Origin: Planctomycetota bacterium
GTDB lineage: Bacteria; Planctomycetota; Phycisphaerae; UBA1845
DNA: 64,000 nt
NCBI GenBank assembly: GCA_016200265.1
Contig: JACQFE010000038.1
Span: forward strand, 13,539 to 77,538
Direction: 5' to 3'
How positions within the stretch are numbered: position 1 is the stretch's first letter; each line of letters starts with the position of its first letter. The translations under genes were made by a program, and so were the position numbers. Shown piece after piece: positions 1 to 9,047 of this stretch. The notes beneath the pieces are model-generated. The model was not told the origin of the DNA. It did no database searches and saw nothing but the letters and a program-made list of their open reading frames with translations.

Positions 1-401
1 TGGTCGTTGGGATGTATCGGAACCTTTGAACCGATTTTTCCGCCTGCAAGTTCGATCGCCCGATTGCTGATGACCTCATTGGCGTTCATGTTCGTGCTCG
101 TGCCCGATCCGGTCTGGTAAATATCAAGGACAAAATGTTCGTCGAGCCGACCGTCGATGACTTGCTGGGAGGCGGTAATGATCATGTCGGCCAGCTTCGG
201 TTCGAGCTTTTCCAGGTCGCGATTGACCTTTGCCGCGGCCTGCTTGATGAGTCCCATGGCGCGGATGAACCGCCGCCCAAAGCGATATCCACTGATGGGA
301 AAATTCTCGACGGCTCGCTGCGTCTGAGCGCCCCAATAGGCCGTCGCGGGAACGAACATCTCACCCATGCTGTCTTTTTCCACTCGCGTCGCATCAGGCA
401 T
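1..401 (-). CDS. fumC: Fumarate hydratase class II (fumarase/aspartase family), N-terminal part; C-terminus lies beyond window start
   Basis: Manual minus-strand translation from ATG at 401-399. The frame runs off the window, so it is absent from the ORF track: [41 protein letters not shown]...[37 protein letters not shown] and QTGSGTxxNMNxNEV are the family N-terminal signatures. The listed ORF 135..638(+) is its antisense. Confidence 0.85.
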   Translation of the reverse strand, partial: MPDATRVEKDSMGEMFVPATAYWGAQTQRAVENFPISGYRFGRRFIRAMGLIKQAAAKVNRDLEKLEPKLADMIITASQQVIDGRLDEHFVLDIYQTGSGTSTNMNANEVISNRAIELAGGKIGSKVPIHPND

Positions 402-443
402 TGCCACAAATCTCCAATAAACTCAATTCAATCTCTCGGGTGC

Positions 444-704
444 TCAAAACGTATTTTTCGGCGCCGACTTAATGTACGACTTGCGGCGCTCGGCATAATC
501 GTCCGGCGTCATCCCTTCCAACAAAAACACTTCGGGATTCTCCGCGATCTTGACGAGAAACGGAATACACCATCCACAGCCCGTGCCGGCATTCAGGCAT
601 CCGGTCATCTGGCTGGGTCGTTCCGGACGTACCCGTAGCGAGTAATTCACCAGCTTTCGCAGCGAGACGCCGTAGCAGTAGCAGATTTTGTCGTCAGGTT
701 GCAT
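444..704 (-). CDS. bfd: BFD-like [2Fe-2S]-binding domain protein (bacterioferritin-associated ferredoxin-like)
   Basis: 86-aa ORF with ICYCYGVS...CLNAGTGCGWC, the four-Cys spacing typical of the BFD-like 2Fe-2S domain. Confidence 0.75.
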   Translation of the reverse strand: MQPDDKICYCYGVSLRKLVNYSLRVRPERPSQMTGCLNAGTGCGWCIPFLVKIAENPEVFLLEGMTPDDYAERRKSYIKSAPKNTF

Positions 705-769
705 TCATTTTCACTTTGACATGTCGGGAGGCGGCGTCATGATTCTTTATGTTCTCGCGACGTTCTATT

Positions 770-1309
770 CTATTGAGCAGGACTCGGCGGCTTCAAGATT
801 GAAAGATACGCCCGCCACGGACCGACCTGATCGCGATATTGAAACGCCATCGCTTTGCAAATCTGGGCAATATGGTTGAGATCGTGGACAACCCATGTCG
901 CCAGTAGTTCGCGCATCGTGACGCTGCCCAGTGCCGAATGTTTTCCGCGTCTGTCAAGGTGGGCGCCCGTCAAATTCATTCTACACAAAGCCTCCAGGCT
1001 GGTGCACCTTTGTCGCTCGAATTCATCCAATAGCTCCCGGATCGTTTTCCCTTTGCTCCTGGAGTACATCGCGTATCGATCAAAAGGCTCAAACGCTCGC
1101 GATTCGCCATGCTCAAGAATCATAAGTGCCCGCGGAATCCAATCCGTCTCTTCTCCGTGAATCAGATGGCCGACAACATCGAACGGACTGAACGTGTCAG
1201 CGCCGTAATCGTTCGTCACCCAGGGGCCGCAAACGTCCGTCAACATTGCCCGCAGCACGTGCGGCGTGTTCCGCAAAATCTCGCTGGCTTGTTCAATTTG
1301 ATATTCCAC
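770..1309 (-). CDS. DinB-family (DinB_2) four-helix-bundle metalloprotein
   Basis: 179 aa. His-containing helices (VVGHLIHGEE ... VVHDLNHIAQI) match the DinB/YfiT-like pattern. Confidence 0.75.
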   Translation of the reverse strand: MEYQIEQASEILRNTPHVLRAMLTDVCGPWVTNDYGADTFSPFDVVGHLIHGEETDWIPRALMILEHGESRAFEPFDRYAMYSRSKGKTIRELLDEFERQRCTSLEALCRMNLTGAHLDRRGKHSALGSVTMRELLATWVVHDLNHIAQICKAMAFQYRDQVGPWRAYLSILKPPSPAQ

Positions 1310-1333
1310 GATCGATTAGCGTCCCCGATAGGA

Positions 1334-1837
1334 TCAATCTACGGATTCATCATCTACGGTGATGGCGGGGCCGAATGCAATCAGATACCCCTCCAGCATC
1401 AGGACGGCCTTGTCTCGGACTTCCTGCGTGCCGAGATCAGCCAATTCATCCAGCTTCAGCGGCGTTGCGAAATAAAAGAACTCGCCGCCTTCGCGATAAT
1501 GCTCGACCGGCGGCTCGGGCCACTCCAATCCGGCGTCTTCAAACGCGGAGCCGACGAATTCATTCATCGTGTCGCCGGAATCTTCGATCGTCTGTTCGCA
1601 TTCTTCGCTCTTCCATCGATCATTGGTAAGAAATCCCACGCGAATTTGCGGGATCAGCGGACGAATGGCGACCTCGAGCCAGCATGACTTGGAGCCTTGG
1701 AATCGCGTCGCGAGAGTTGAGCCGTCCTCGCGATCGACGCGGCTCGCCGTTCCATAACGGTCATCACGAGCCGTACTTTCCTCGATGAAATTTCGAAACG
1801 ATTCGATTCGCGATCGGTCCTGTTCACTCAATGGCAT
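1334..1837 (-). CDS. Hypothetical acidic cytoplasmic protein
   Basis: 167-aa ORF. Its ATG overlaps the stop of the upstream kinase-like gene by 1 nt (TAATG at 1837), suggesting translational coupling. I recognise no family. Confidence 0.5.
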   Translation of the reverse strand: MPLSEQDRSRIESFRNFIEESTARDDRYGTASRVDREDGSTLATRFQGSKSCWLEVAIRPLIPQIRVGFLTNDRWKSEECEQTIEDSGDTMNEFVGSAFEDAGLEWPEPPVEHYREGGEFFYFATPLKLDELADLGTQEVRDKAVLMLEGYLIAFGPAITVDDESVD

Positions 1838-2634
1838 TATTTGGCTCCTGCGACCGCCGATTCATCGTGTACTCGTCCACGTTCCGATCGTCCACGTCGC
1901 GGATCGATGCGATCCAAAATCGCCCGCCGGACATACGTAAACGGATACGTAAGCGTTCGATGCCAGCGCACAAACCACGGCTTGCGATACGACGCCGCAA
2001 GCTCATCGGCGGTCAATTGATCCGGCCGCGTACGACGCTGCAACTTTCGAAGATGATACAGGTCGCCCCGCTGAAGCCAACTCCGCACCGCCCGCATGAG
2101 CCACAATTCACCGCCTCTTCGTGCGGGCCAATACCAGGCAATTTGAAAGTCCATCAAGTAGGGCCGCCCGTCATCGCCGACCAGAACATTTTCGCATTTC
2201 TCAAGATCGACGTAGGCCATGCCTCGACGGTGCATTTCGGCGACTGCGTTCCGCAAATGCGTGTGGAAATCGTCCGCGACCCGCTCGCCTGATTGCATCG
2301 CGTGACCCTCGATGAATTGACGGGCAAATCGCGAGGGGCTTAAGCGCGCAACTGCATTCGGGACGGCTTCCAGCTCCTGCAAACGCATGAGTGCGGCCCA
2401 TTCGCGGTTCGCAAGAATTCGACCCACCCACGCAAGCGGCAAGCCCAAAAACGGGGCTTCGCGTTGAATCTTGACCAGCACGCGGTCGCCGTTGCACTCA
2501 TACATCGCTGTGGCCGCGAAAAAATCATTCTTGAAAACGCGACGTAATATGAACGATCGACCACCGATCCAAAGATCATTCGGAATAGGCTTTCGACCCA
2601 ACGCAGTCAGACTTGGCGGCACTCGCCGCAGCAT
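1837..2634 (-). CDS. Protein-kinase-like fold protein (Kdo/WaaP lipopolysaccharide-kinase or RIO-like)
   Basis: Contains MAYVDLEKCENVLVGDDGRPYLMDFQIA, which resembles a catalytic loop (D-x-x-x-x-N) plus a DFG-like DFQ. The track ORF starts at 2721, but the first ATG (MLRRVPPS) is at 2634. The start is uncertain. Confidence 0.55.
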   Translation of the reverse strand: MLRRVPPSLTALGRKPIPNDLWIGGRSFILRRVFKNDFFAATAMYECNGDRVLVKIQREAPFLGLPLAWVGRILANREWAALMRLQELEAVPNAVARLSPSRFARQFIEGHAMQSGERVADDFHTHLRNAVAEMHRRGMAYVDLEKCENVLVGDDGRPYLMDFQIAWYWPARRGGELWLMRAVRSWLQRGDLYHLRKLQRRTRPDQLTADELAASYRKPWFVRWHRTLTYPFTYVRRAILDRIDPRRGRSERGRVHDESAVAGAK

Positions 2635-2801
2635 GGCAACTCCTATTGTCGGACGGCTATGTTCTCGAGAATCTGGTCCAAGCCGCATAGTTATTGTACC
2701 TTCGCGGGCGAGCACGTCCAACGAGGACTTGCATTTGTTCTATCAATGCGTTGATCCGAATGTTCCAGAAACTCTTGCAGATCGCCGGCGTAGACAATCG
2801 C

Positions 2802-5084
2802 ATGTCTCGCATTCTTTACGGCTTCGCATTCATTACGCTCGTCGTCATCGCCGCCCTGCGTCCTCTAATTGCGGAAACCTACGACTCGTCGCCCGCGACA
2901 ATCAGCCTAGCGGACCACAACATCACCGACCCGCAACCGATTCGAACGCTGGTGATTGATTTGGCAATCCTCGCGGCGGGTCTTGCGTGGGCAGGTGCGC
3001 GACTCAAGCCGAATGTGGCCAGATATCGTTGGACGGGCCTGGAGCCGGCCCTGATCATCATCGCCTGCGCGAGCGTTTTGTCATGCACCTCCGCGGGAAA
3101 CAAGCGCCTCGCAATCAATGCTTCGATAGACTGGCTTTGCTCGGGGGTGCTTGGCATAGTGCTCGTGCAAGTCATTCGGACGCCGTGGCAAAGGAATGTG
3201 TTGCTGGCGGCTGTGCTCGCCACCGCGGCCGTGCAGTTCACCCAGTGCGTCGACCAACGCGCATCCACGGAGGATACGTGGAAGCAATACCAACAAACAA
3301 GGGCTGAGTTCTGGCGAAAGCAAGGGATCGATTCCGAATCGAATCACGTGGCCTTGTTTGAGGCCCGAATGCGAGCCAACGAGTCTTCCGGATACCTGCC
3401 GCATAGCAATGTGACGGGATCATACTTCGCGATGTGCGGCCTGGCCGCGGTCGGCGTGACGATTGCGACATGGCGAAATCTCCTGACGTCTCGGCGATTT
3501 CTGCTTTTTTTGGGCTTGGTCGCATTGATGATTGCGCTGCTTGCCGGAATCGCGATGACGAAAAGTCGCGGGGCCGCGACATCATTCGTCTTGGCATTGA
3601 TTCTTTGGCTCGTCGTGTGGCGCGCACAAGGATGGATCGACTCTCATCGGCGGCAAGCATTCATGATTGGATGGATCGGTTTAGCTTTGATTCTAGTCGC
3701 GGTAGTCGGGCATGGAATTTATCACGGCACACTTCCGACGGATTCGCTGGCGTTTCGCTGGCACTATTGGCGGAACTCGATGGGCATGATTTGCGACCAC
3801 TGGTTTGCTGGAGTGGGCCGCGAGAATTTTGGCCGTCAATATCTCTTGTACAAGCCGATCGAAAGCCCCGAAGAAATCTCCAATCCGCACGACGTGTTCG
3901 TCCAGGCCGCCGCCGAGTGGGGGATTTTCGGGTTGATCGGCATTGTGGCTTTGCTCCTCGGTGCGTCGTGGGCACTGACAATGGGCCGATCGCATACCAA
4001 TGTCGCGACAAACTTGAATCTTGAATCTCTTGAAGCGTTGGCACATAAGTCCAAAGCGTCCGCACTTCGGCTGGGACTCCTTGGAATCATCATGGCAGTT
4101 GCGTTGACCGTGATCCGAATGCCACTCTTTGGCACCTGCGACAGAAGTTATCTGTATTATATGAGCACGCTGACGGCGATTGTTTGGCTGCCAATATTTG
4201 CTTGTGTTGCCTTCGCGTTGTCATGTGTGAAACCGGAAGTGCGAAAGTCGGTGGCTCTTGCAGGCGCGGCGTTTGGATTGTTTGCGTTCGCGTTGCAAGA
4301 GCTTATCAACTTCTCCCTTTTCGTTCCAGCCACTGCGACGACTGCGTTTGCAGTGTTTGCATGCGCGATCCCCGATTCGAACCGTGCGGCGATACGTCGG
4401 GAAACGACTGGAGATCATCGTACGATTCACGCTGTGCGGCGATGGCTTTTGACTCTCGCAACAACAGTTGCAATTGTGATGATCGCGCCAATGGAGGCTG
4501 TTCCGGTTTTTCGAACAGGCGCGCTGTTGTCGGAAGCGCGATCGCAGGCAATGATTCGTCCCCTCGGACATCCGGAAAATTCCGAAGCCGCGAACTTCTA
4601 CGAGCGTGCAGCAGCGGCCGATACGCTCGATCCCACGGCGTTCGTCGAACTCGCGCGATGGCTGGGCTCGATTGCTCCATTAGCGCCGCAGTCTGCGGCC
4701 ACATTCTCGCGGGCAGTTGAATTTGTCCAGGCGGCTCAGCAGCGAGACAAGTACAGCCATTCTCTGCGCCGCCTCGAGTTGCTCCTGTGTCGCGATCAGG
4801 CACGCCGAACAAGTGCGGCCACTAACTACGAAGCGGCGATCCACGCAGGCGACGAGATGCTGAAATTGTATCCCCTTGATCCGGCTGGGTTGGTGCTTGT
4901 GGGCGAGCTTCAACTTGAAGCCGCAAGAGCTACAAACTCTGATCTTCTTCGTTTCGCCGGTCTCGACTCGCTTCAGAAGGGGTTGGATTTGGATTCGCGC
5001 CGCCCCCGATGGTCGGTGTTTCAAGGTCTTACGGAATCGGAACGGGCCCGCGTGTCGCAGGAGATCGCCAATTGGCGAAAGTGA
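2802..5084 (+). CDS. O-antigen ligase-like (Wzy_C) polytopic membrane protein with C-terminal TPR-like helical domain
   Basis: Many TM helices. PHDVFVQAAAEWGIFGLIGIVALLL matches the H-N/D-x-[FY]-[LV]...E-x-G-x-x-G Wzy_C motif. The likely start is MSRILYGFAFITLVV at 2802 (alternative ATG at 2760); the track start 2694 is an upstream extension. Confidence 0.75.
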   Translation: MSRILYGFAFITLVVIAALRPLIAETYDSSPATISLADHNITDPQPIRTLVIDLAILAAGLAWAGARLKPNVARYRWTGLEPALIIIACASVLSCTSAGNKRLAINASIDWLCSGVLGIVLVQVIRTPWQRNVLLAAVLATAAVQFTQCVDQRASTEDTWKQYQQTRAEFWRKQGIDSESNHVALFEARMRANESSGYLPHSNVTGSYFAMCGLAAVGVTIATWRNLLTSRRFLLFLGLVALMIALLAGIAMTKSRGAATSFVLALILWLVVWRAQGWIDSHRRQAFMIGWIGLALILVAVVGHGIYHGTLPTDSLAFRWHYWRNSMGMICDHWFAGVGRENFGRQYLLYKPIESPEEISNPHDVFVQAAAEWGIFGLIGIVALLLGASWALTMGRSHTNVATNLNLESLEALAHKSKASALRLGLLGIIMAVALTVIRMPLFGTCDRSYLYYMSTLTAIVWLPIFACVAFALSCVKPEVRKSVALAGAAFGLFAFALQELINFSLFVPATATTAFAVFACAIPDSNRAAIRRETTGDHRTIHAVRRWLLTLATTVAIVMIAPMEAVPVFRTGALLSEARSQAMIRPLGHPENSEAANFYERAAAADTLDPTAFVELARWLGSIAPLAPQSAATFSRAVEFVQAAQQRDKYSHSLRRLELLLCRDQARRTSAATNYEAAIHAGDEMLKLYPLDPAGLVLVGELQLEAARATNSDLLRFAGLDSLQKGLDLDSRRPRWSVFQGLTESERARVSQEIANWRK

Positions 5085-5119
5085 ATTCGACTTTGAACTT
5101 TGAATTTCGAGCCTTGAAC
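5085..5119. repeat. Tandem heptamer array, about 5 units of TTYGARC
   Basis: Read directly: attcgac tttgaac tttgaat ttcgagc cttgaac. It begins at the ligase-like gene stop codon and ends 12 nt from the tRNA-Arg 3-prime end. Confidence 0.8.
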
Positions 5120-5130
5120 TTTTTCGCATT

Positions 5131-5204
5131 CGTCCCCGACAGGATTCGAACCTGTAACCTTCGGCTTCGGAGGCCGACGCGCTATCCAATTGTGCCACGG
5201 GGAC
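5131..5204 (-). tRNA. tRNA-Arg (anticodon CCG)
   Basis: The minus strand GTCCCCGTGGCACAATTGGATAGCGCGTCGGCCTCCGAAGCCGAAGGTTACAGGTTCGAATCCTGTCGGGGACG folds as a cloverleaf. Acceptor is GTCCCCG/CGGGGAC, anticodon arm TCGGC-CTCCGAA-GCCGA, T-arm ACAGG-TTCGAAT-CCTGT. There is one A-C mismatch in the D stem and no encoded CCA. Confidence 0.88.
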
Positions 5205-5410
5205 TGCTGTTCCGTCGCAACGAGAAAGTCTAGGTCGGCGCGGATGCGTGTCAAATACGATTGCACAAATACCTGTTCTTGTGCGGAGTGCATCGAAAAC
5301 GGACGCGGACGAAGTATGTATGATGGGGAAGCGCTTTGACTTTGGACATGGGAGACGATCGATCTCTCGAATGAGAATCCACATGCTGGGTTTTGGAAAG
5401 GTTTCGCAAG

Positions 5411-5629
5411 ATGCCGCAAACATTGAAATGGACGGACGCCGAAGACTTTGGCGTTCTTCTCCATGAGAAATTTCCCGACCTCGATCCGCTGAAAGTCCGC
5501 TTTACCGACCTGCACGCTTGGGTCTGCGCCTTGCCGGATTTCCGGGACGACCCGAAGGCCTCCACCGAGCCGAAGCTCGAGGCCATCCAAATGGCCTGGC
5601 TCGAAGAATGGCGCGAGGCGAATGAATAA
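5411..5629 (+). CDS. iscX: Fe-S cluster assembly accessory protein IscX (YfhJ family)
   Basis: MPQTLKWTDAEDFGVLLHEKFPDLDPLKVRFTDLHAWVCALPDFRDDPKASTEPKLEAIQMAWLEEW is colinear with the E. coli IscX pattern as I recall it (LKWTD...YPDLDP..VRFTD.H.W...L..F.DDP..S.E..LEAI...W). The start was moved to the second Met of the track ORF. Confidence 0.85.
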   Translation: MPQTLKWTDAEDFGVLLHEKFPDLDPLKVRFTDLHAWVCALPDFRDDPKASTEPKLEAIQMAWLEEWREANE

Positions 5630-5806
5630 CCATTCCGGAGTATTGCCTGACTCGTTGTCTCTCGAAATCGTTTAAGACGGATTTGTGTTGTAACCGGGGA
5701 TATCTGTTTGCATCGCAATGTTCTTTTCTGATAGAATTGTGGGCGAACTTGGGGATTGCCGTCGTTCGAAGGGCGGATACTCAGGCATTTCTGGAGGAGA
5801 CACACC

Positions 5807-7483
5807 ATGCGTTCAATGCGGCGAAACATCTTATATGGTTGCTGTATCATGCTTTCGCTATTCGTTCCTTCGATACAAAATGCTCACGGTCAGGCCTGCC
5901 CACAATGGACTCAACAATCGCCCAGTTCATTGCCTGACGGCTTTGGACCAATGGCGTACGACTCGCTGCGCAATGTTGTAGTAATGTTTGCTATGAGCTC
6001 CTTGGGTGTGCTTGAAACGTGGGAATGGAACGGTGCCCAGTGGGTCTTCAGGACCTCGGTAGGCCCCTCCGCTAGAAATGCCGCGTTGGCATTCGATAGT
6101 AATCGTGGCATGGTCGTTCTTTTCGGGGGACTGCTTCCCAACGGACTTGGCCAGCCGCCACCGCTTTCCTCGGAAACGTGGGAGTGGGATGGAAGCGATT
6201 GGACCTTTCGAACTGACGAGGGTCCACTCTGACGACTTGACCACGCCATGGTGTTCGATTCGCACCGAAACCGCGTAGTGCTGTTTGCAGGAGATCGGCC
6301 ACAACAACAACCTACGCTTTTGAGTGATACCTGGGAATGGAATGGAAGTGTGTGGGTGCAAGTGGCGACTGCCGGCCCTGACAAGCGTGCAAGTCACTCG
6401 ATGGCCTTTGACGAACATCGTGGTGTCACGGTGATGTTCGGCGGAGCGAATATTAGTGGCCGTTTGGCGGACACGTGGGAATGGGATGGTTCAATTTGGC
6501 GTCGAGTGGAAGACGGAACTTCAGGCCCGTCACGGCGAGTGGGCGCAGCGATGGCCTATGATCTTGACCATCAACGAAGCGTTGTTTTTGGGGGAAGCGG
6601 CACGAATCCACCCTGGTACTCCGATACCTGGGTTTGGGACGGGCAATACTGGGATATTTTGAACACATCCGGTCCCACAGCCCGAACTGGTGCATACCTG
6701 GCGTACATGTGTGCGTCGCACTACATGTTAATGGCGGGCGGCAGCGGATTCGCCCCGTTCTCCGATTTGCAATGGCAGCTTAGAGACATAGCGGATTTCC
6801 CGAGTGATGGGCCGAGGGCGGAACGGTATCCGTCTTGCGAAAGCTTTTATTCATATGCCAAAAAAAACCGCGTCATTTCGTTTTCGCCACCCCTTGTACC
6901 ACTGGGAGCGAGCGGGATCGGTTTGCGGGTGACGTTTGAGTCGCTACCAAATGGCTCAATTTGCGCTACGCCGAATTTTTCGTCATTCAACGGCGCTCGA
7001 ATGTGGGTGGGCGAGGAAGTGCTTCAAAGCGGGCAGCAGAGCGGCGTCTTCAAATTGCAAACAGACCCTCTGTTCCGCGATTGGACCACGGTCCCCGGCG
7101 GTGTCATTCACGTAAGCGATTGCAACATTGTTCCCTGCGCCACATACACCATCCAATCCATTTCGGACGTTGACTATCCTTTGGGCACGTATTCGACACC
7201 GCTTCTGCTTTCGACTGCCCCTGCCTGGGGAGATGTCGTTGCCTCGAATGACCCCGTGCCGCCGAACGGCGTTGTGAACATTTCCGACGTAGCCGCAATC
7301 GTCGATTGCTTTAAGGACATACCCGGCGCGCCGCCAAAGAGCTGGTGTGATCTGGTGCCGGACAATGTCACTCATCAGATGAACCTCGTCGTCAATATCT
7401 CAGACGTTGCAGCGGGTGTCGATGCATTCAGGGGTCGGACGTACTCACTTTCCGGCCCAACCGCTCCCAGTGCGTGTCCATGA
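5807..7483 (+). pseudogene. Secreted Kelch/galactose-oxidase-like beta-propeller protein with dockerin-like C-terminal repeats, interrupted by one in-frame TGA (6230-6232)
   Basis: Track ORFs 5756..6232 and 6248..7483 are in the same frame (offset 492 nt). Both carry the same repeat (TWEWNG/TWEWDGxxW ... GPxxRxxxxMAFD). The TGA sits at a variable position of that repeat: GPL*RLDHAMVFD versus GPSARNAALAFD, GPDKRASHSMAFD, GPSRRVGAAMAYD. The signal peptide MRSMRRNILYGCCIMLSLFVPSIQNAHG starts at 5807, preceded by GGAGGAG. Confidence 0.6.
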
Positions 7484-7496
7484 GACCTCGGGCCTG

Positions 7497-8618
7497 TCAG
7501 GTCGCTAACTCACGGATGATGGCGCAGCCGCGGCGGAGGCGATCGTCGGGGACACCGAAGCTGAGGCGGAAGTGAGTGTCCTGGCGGCTGAAAACTTCGC
7601 CGGGGATGACGAGCAGTTTTCGTTCAATGGCGGCGGCGACGAACTCGGTCGAGTTCTTGTAGCGCTTCGGAACTTTCGGAAACAGATAGAACGCACCGGA
7701 CGGTTTCACAAATTCGAGGCAGCCGCGCAATTCTTCGCAGGCGAGATCGCGCTTGCGGCGATAATCGTTCACTTGCTGCGAGATGTCGGTATCCAAGGCC
7801 TCCAGTGCGCCCCATTGACCCGGCTGCGGCGCGCACACGAACGTGTACTGCTGGAGCTTGGCCATTTCTTCGATGATTTCGCTCGGTCCGGCGGCAAAGC
7901 CGAGGCGCACGCCGGTCAATGCATACGATTTTCCGAAGCCGCGCAAGAGCAAGGTGCGTTCGGGCGCGAATTTGACGGGCGACGGGATTGGTGCGTCAAA
8001 ATGAAGAAGATCGTAAATCTCATCGGCGATGATCAACAGATCGTGCTTGCGGGCCAATTCGCAGATCGCGCGAACGTCGCTCTCGCGAAACACGACGCCG
8101 GTGGGGTTGCTCGGTGAGGCGATGATGATCATCTTCGTTCGCGGCGTGATGGCGGCCGCAATTCGCTCGGGGTGCAATTGAAAATCGTCGTAAAGACTCA
8201 CTGGCACGGGCACGCCGCCGGACAACTTCGGTAGATGGGCATAAGAAACAAAATACGGATCCGTGATCAGCACTTCGTCGCCGGGATTCAGACATGCGAA
8301 CATGGCCAGCAAAATGCCGCCGGATACGCCGCAGGTGACGAACAAATCCGGCGACCAGCCGAACTCGGCCTTGAGCTGCTCGGCGATGCGCTTGCGAAGC
8401 TCCGGCAGGCCTCGCGTGGGCGTGTAGCCGTTCTTGTTCGATTCAACGGCCCGCGTGATGGCTCGTTTGATATTGGCCGGCACTTCGAAATCCGGCTGCC
8501 CAAGCGAAAGATCGATGGGGTCCTTGAGCTGGCTCCCTAGATCGAAAATCCTGCGAATGCCCGATGAGCCGATACTCTTGATGCGGTCGGAGAGAAAGTG
8601 ATTTGCGGATGAAGGCAT
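7497..8618 (-). CDS. Class I/II pyridoxal-phosphate aminotransferase (aspartate/aromatic type)
   Basis: The sequence from MPSSANHFLSDRIKSIGSSGIRRIFDL...LSLGQPDFEVP...SFGKSYALTGVRLGF... is a typical aminotransferase layout (the SxxK Lys motif appears here as GKSYALTG). The track ORF (to 9074) is over-extended through stop-free repeat DNA. The ATG at 8618 gives 373 aa. Confidence 0.85.
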   Translation of the reverse strand: MPSSANHFLSDRIKSIGSSGIRRIFDLGSQLKDPIDLSLGQPDFEVPANIKRAITRAVESNKNGYTPTRGLPELRKRIAEQLKAEFGWSPDLFVTCGVSGGILLAMFACLNPGDEVLITDPYFVSYAHLPKLSGGVPVPVSLYDDFQLHPERIAAAITPRTKMIIIASPSNPTGVVFRESDVRAICELARKHDLLIIADEIYDLLHFDAPIPSPVKFAPERTLLLRGFGKSYALTGVRLGFAAGPSEIIEEMAKLQQYTFVCAPQPGQWGALEALDTDISQQVNDYRRKRDLACEELRGCLEFVKPSGAFYLFPKVPKRYKNSTEFVAAAIERKLLVIPGEVFSRQDTHFRLSFGVPDDRLRRGCAIIRELAT

Positions 8619-8713
8619 CAATTCATTCTTCAAGAGGCCCGGAGTTCGGCAACTCTGGGACAGCATATTCGGGCTTTGCGAGCCGTCAATCTTCTTGAGG
8701 AATGCACGGTTTC

Positions 8714-8740
8714 CGCAGATTGCGCAGATTTTCGCAGATC
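8714..8740. repeat. Triplet of CGCAGAT[TC] octamers with 9- and 10-bp spacing (array 1)
   Basis: CGCAGATT at 8714, CGCAGATT at 8723 and CGCAGATC at 8733. The array is followed by 9-nt-period GAAGTGCAC GAAGAACAC GAGGAGG. Confidence 0.8.
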
Positions 8741-8978
8741 TTTTACGACGAAGTGCACGAAGAACACGAGGAGGCCGGGTGCCGCATGGTTTGCGCGGCG
8801 AATCGAGAGTAACCAACTTAAGATCATGAAATCGCGCCACCAGATTGCAAACGTCGCAACCTGGGCCACTCCGGGCGTAAAGCGAAACTTTGAGTTGGGT
8901 TCGTTTGGTAAGGATAAATTTCACTAATGTCATGGCGTGGCACCGCAGTGCGGATTGCCGATTCTCGAGAGCAAGACT

Positions 8979-9006
8979 GAAGATTGAAGATAGAAGAGTG
9001 AAAAAG
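8979..9006. repeat. GAA-heptad array (4 units)
   Basis: gaagatt gaagata gaagagt gaaaaag, read directly. Confidence 0.75.
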
Positions 9007-9020
9007 GACGAGACAATCGC

Positions 9021-9047
9021 CGCAGATTCCGCAGATTGGCGCAGATT
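9021..9047. repeat. Triplet of CGCAGATT octamers with 9- and 10-bp spacing (array 2)
   Basis: CGCAGATT at 9021, 9030 and 9040. The order and spacing are the same as array 1, 307 bp upstream. Confidence 0.8.

Noticed and set aside
5021-5850. Minus-strand ORFs 5021..5590 (189 aa) and 5251..5850 (199 aa)
   Set aside because: They run through tRNA-Arg, the heptamer array (…GSKFKVQS…) and the opposite strand of iscX. They have no family features.
6230-6232. Selenocysteine (or Trp) recoding of the in-frame TGA in the Kelch-repeat gene
   Set aside because: The TGA sits at a variable, non-catalytic repeat position. The only downstream hairpin (GGTGT-tcgattc-GCACC, about 20 nt away) is weak and not SECIS-like. 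Other genes in the window terminate at TGA. A nonsense mutation or a sequencing error is more parsimonious.
8714-9047. CRISPR array interpretation of the CGCAGATT repeats
   Set aside because: The units are 8 nt with 1-2 nt between them, there are only three per cluster, no 25-40-nt repeats or spacers are present, and no cas genes are in the window.
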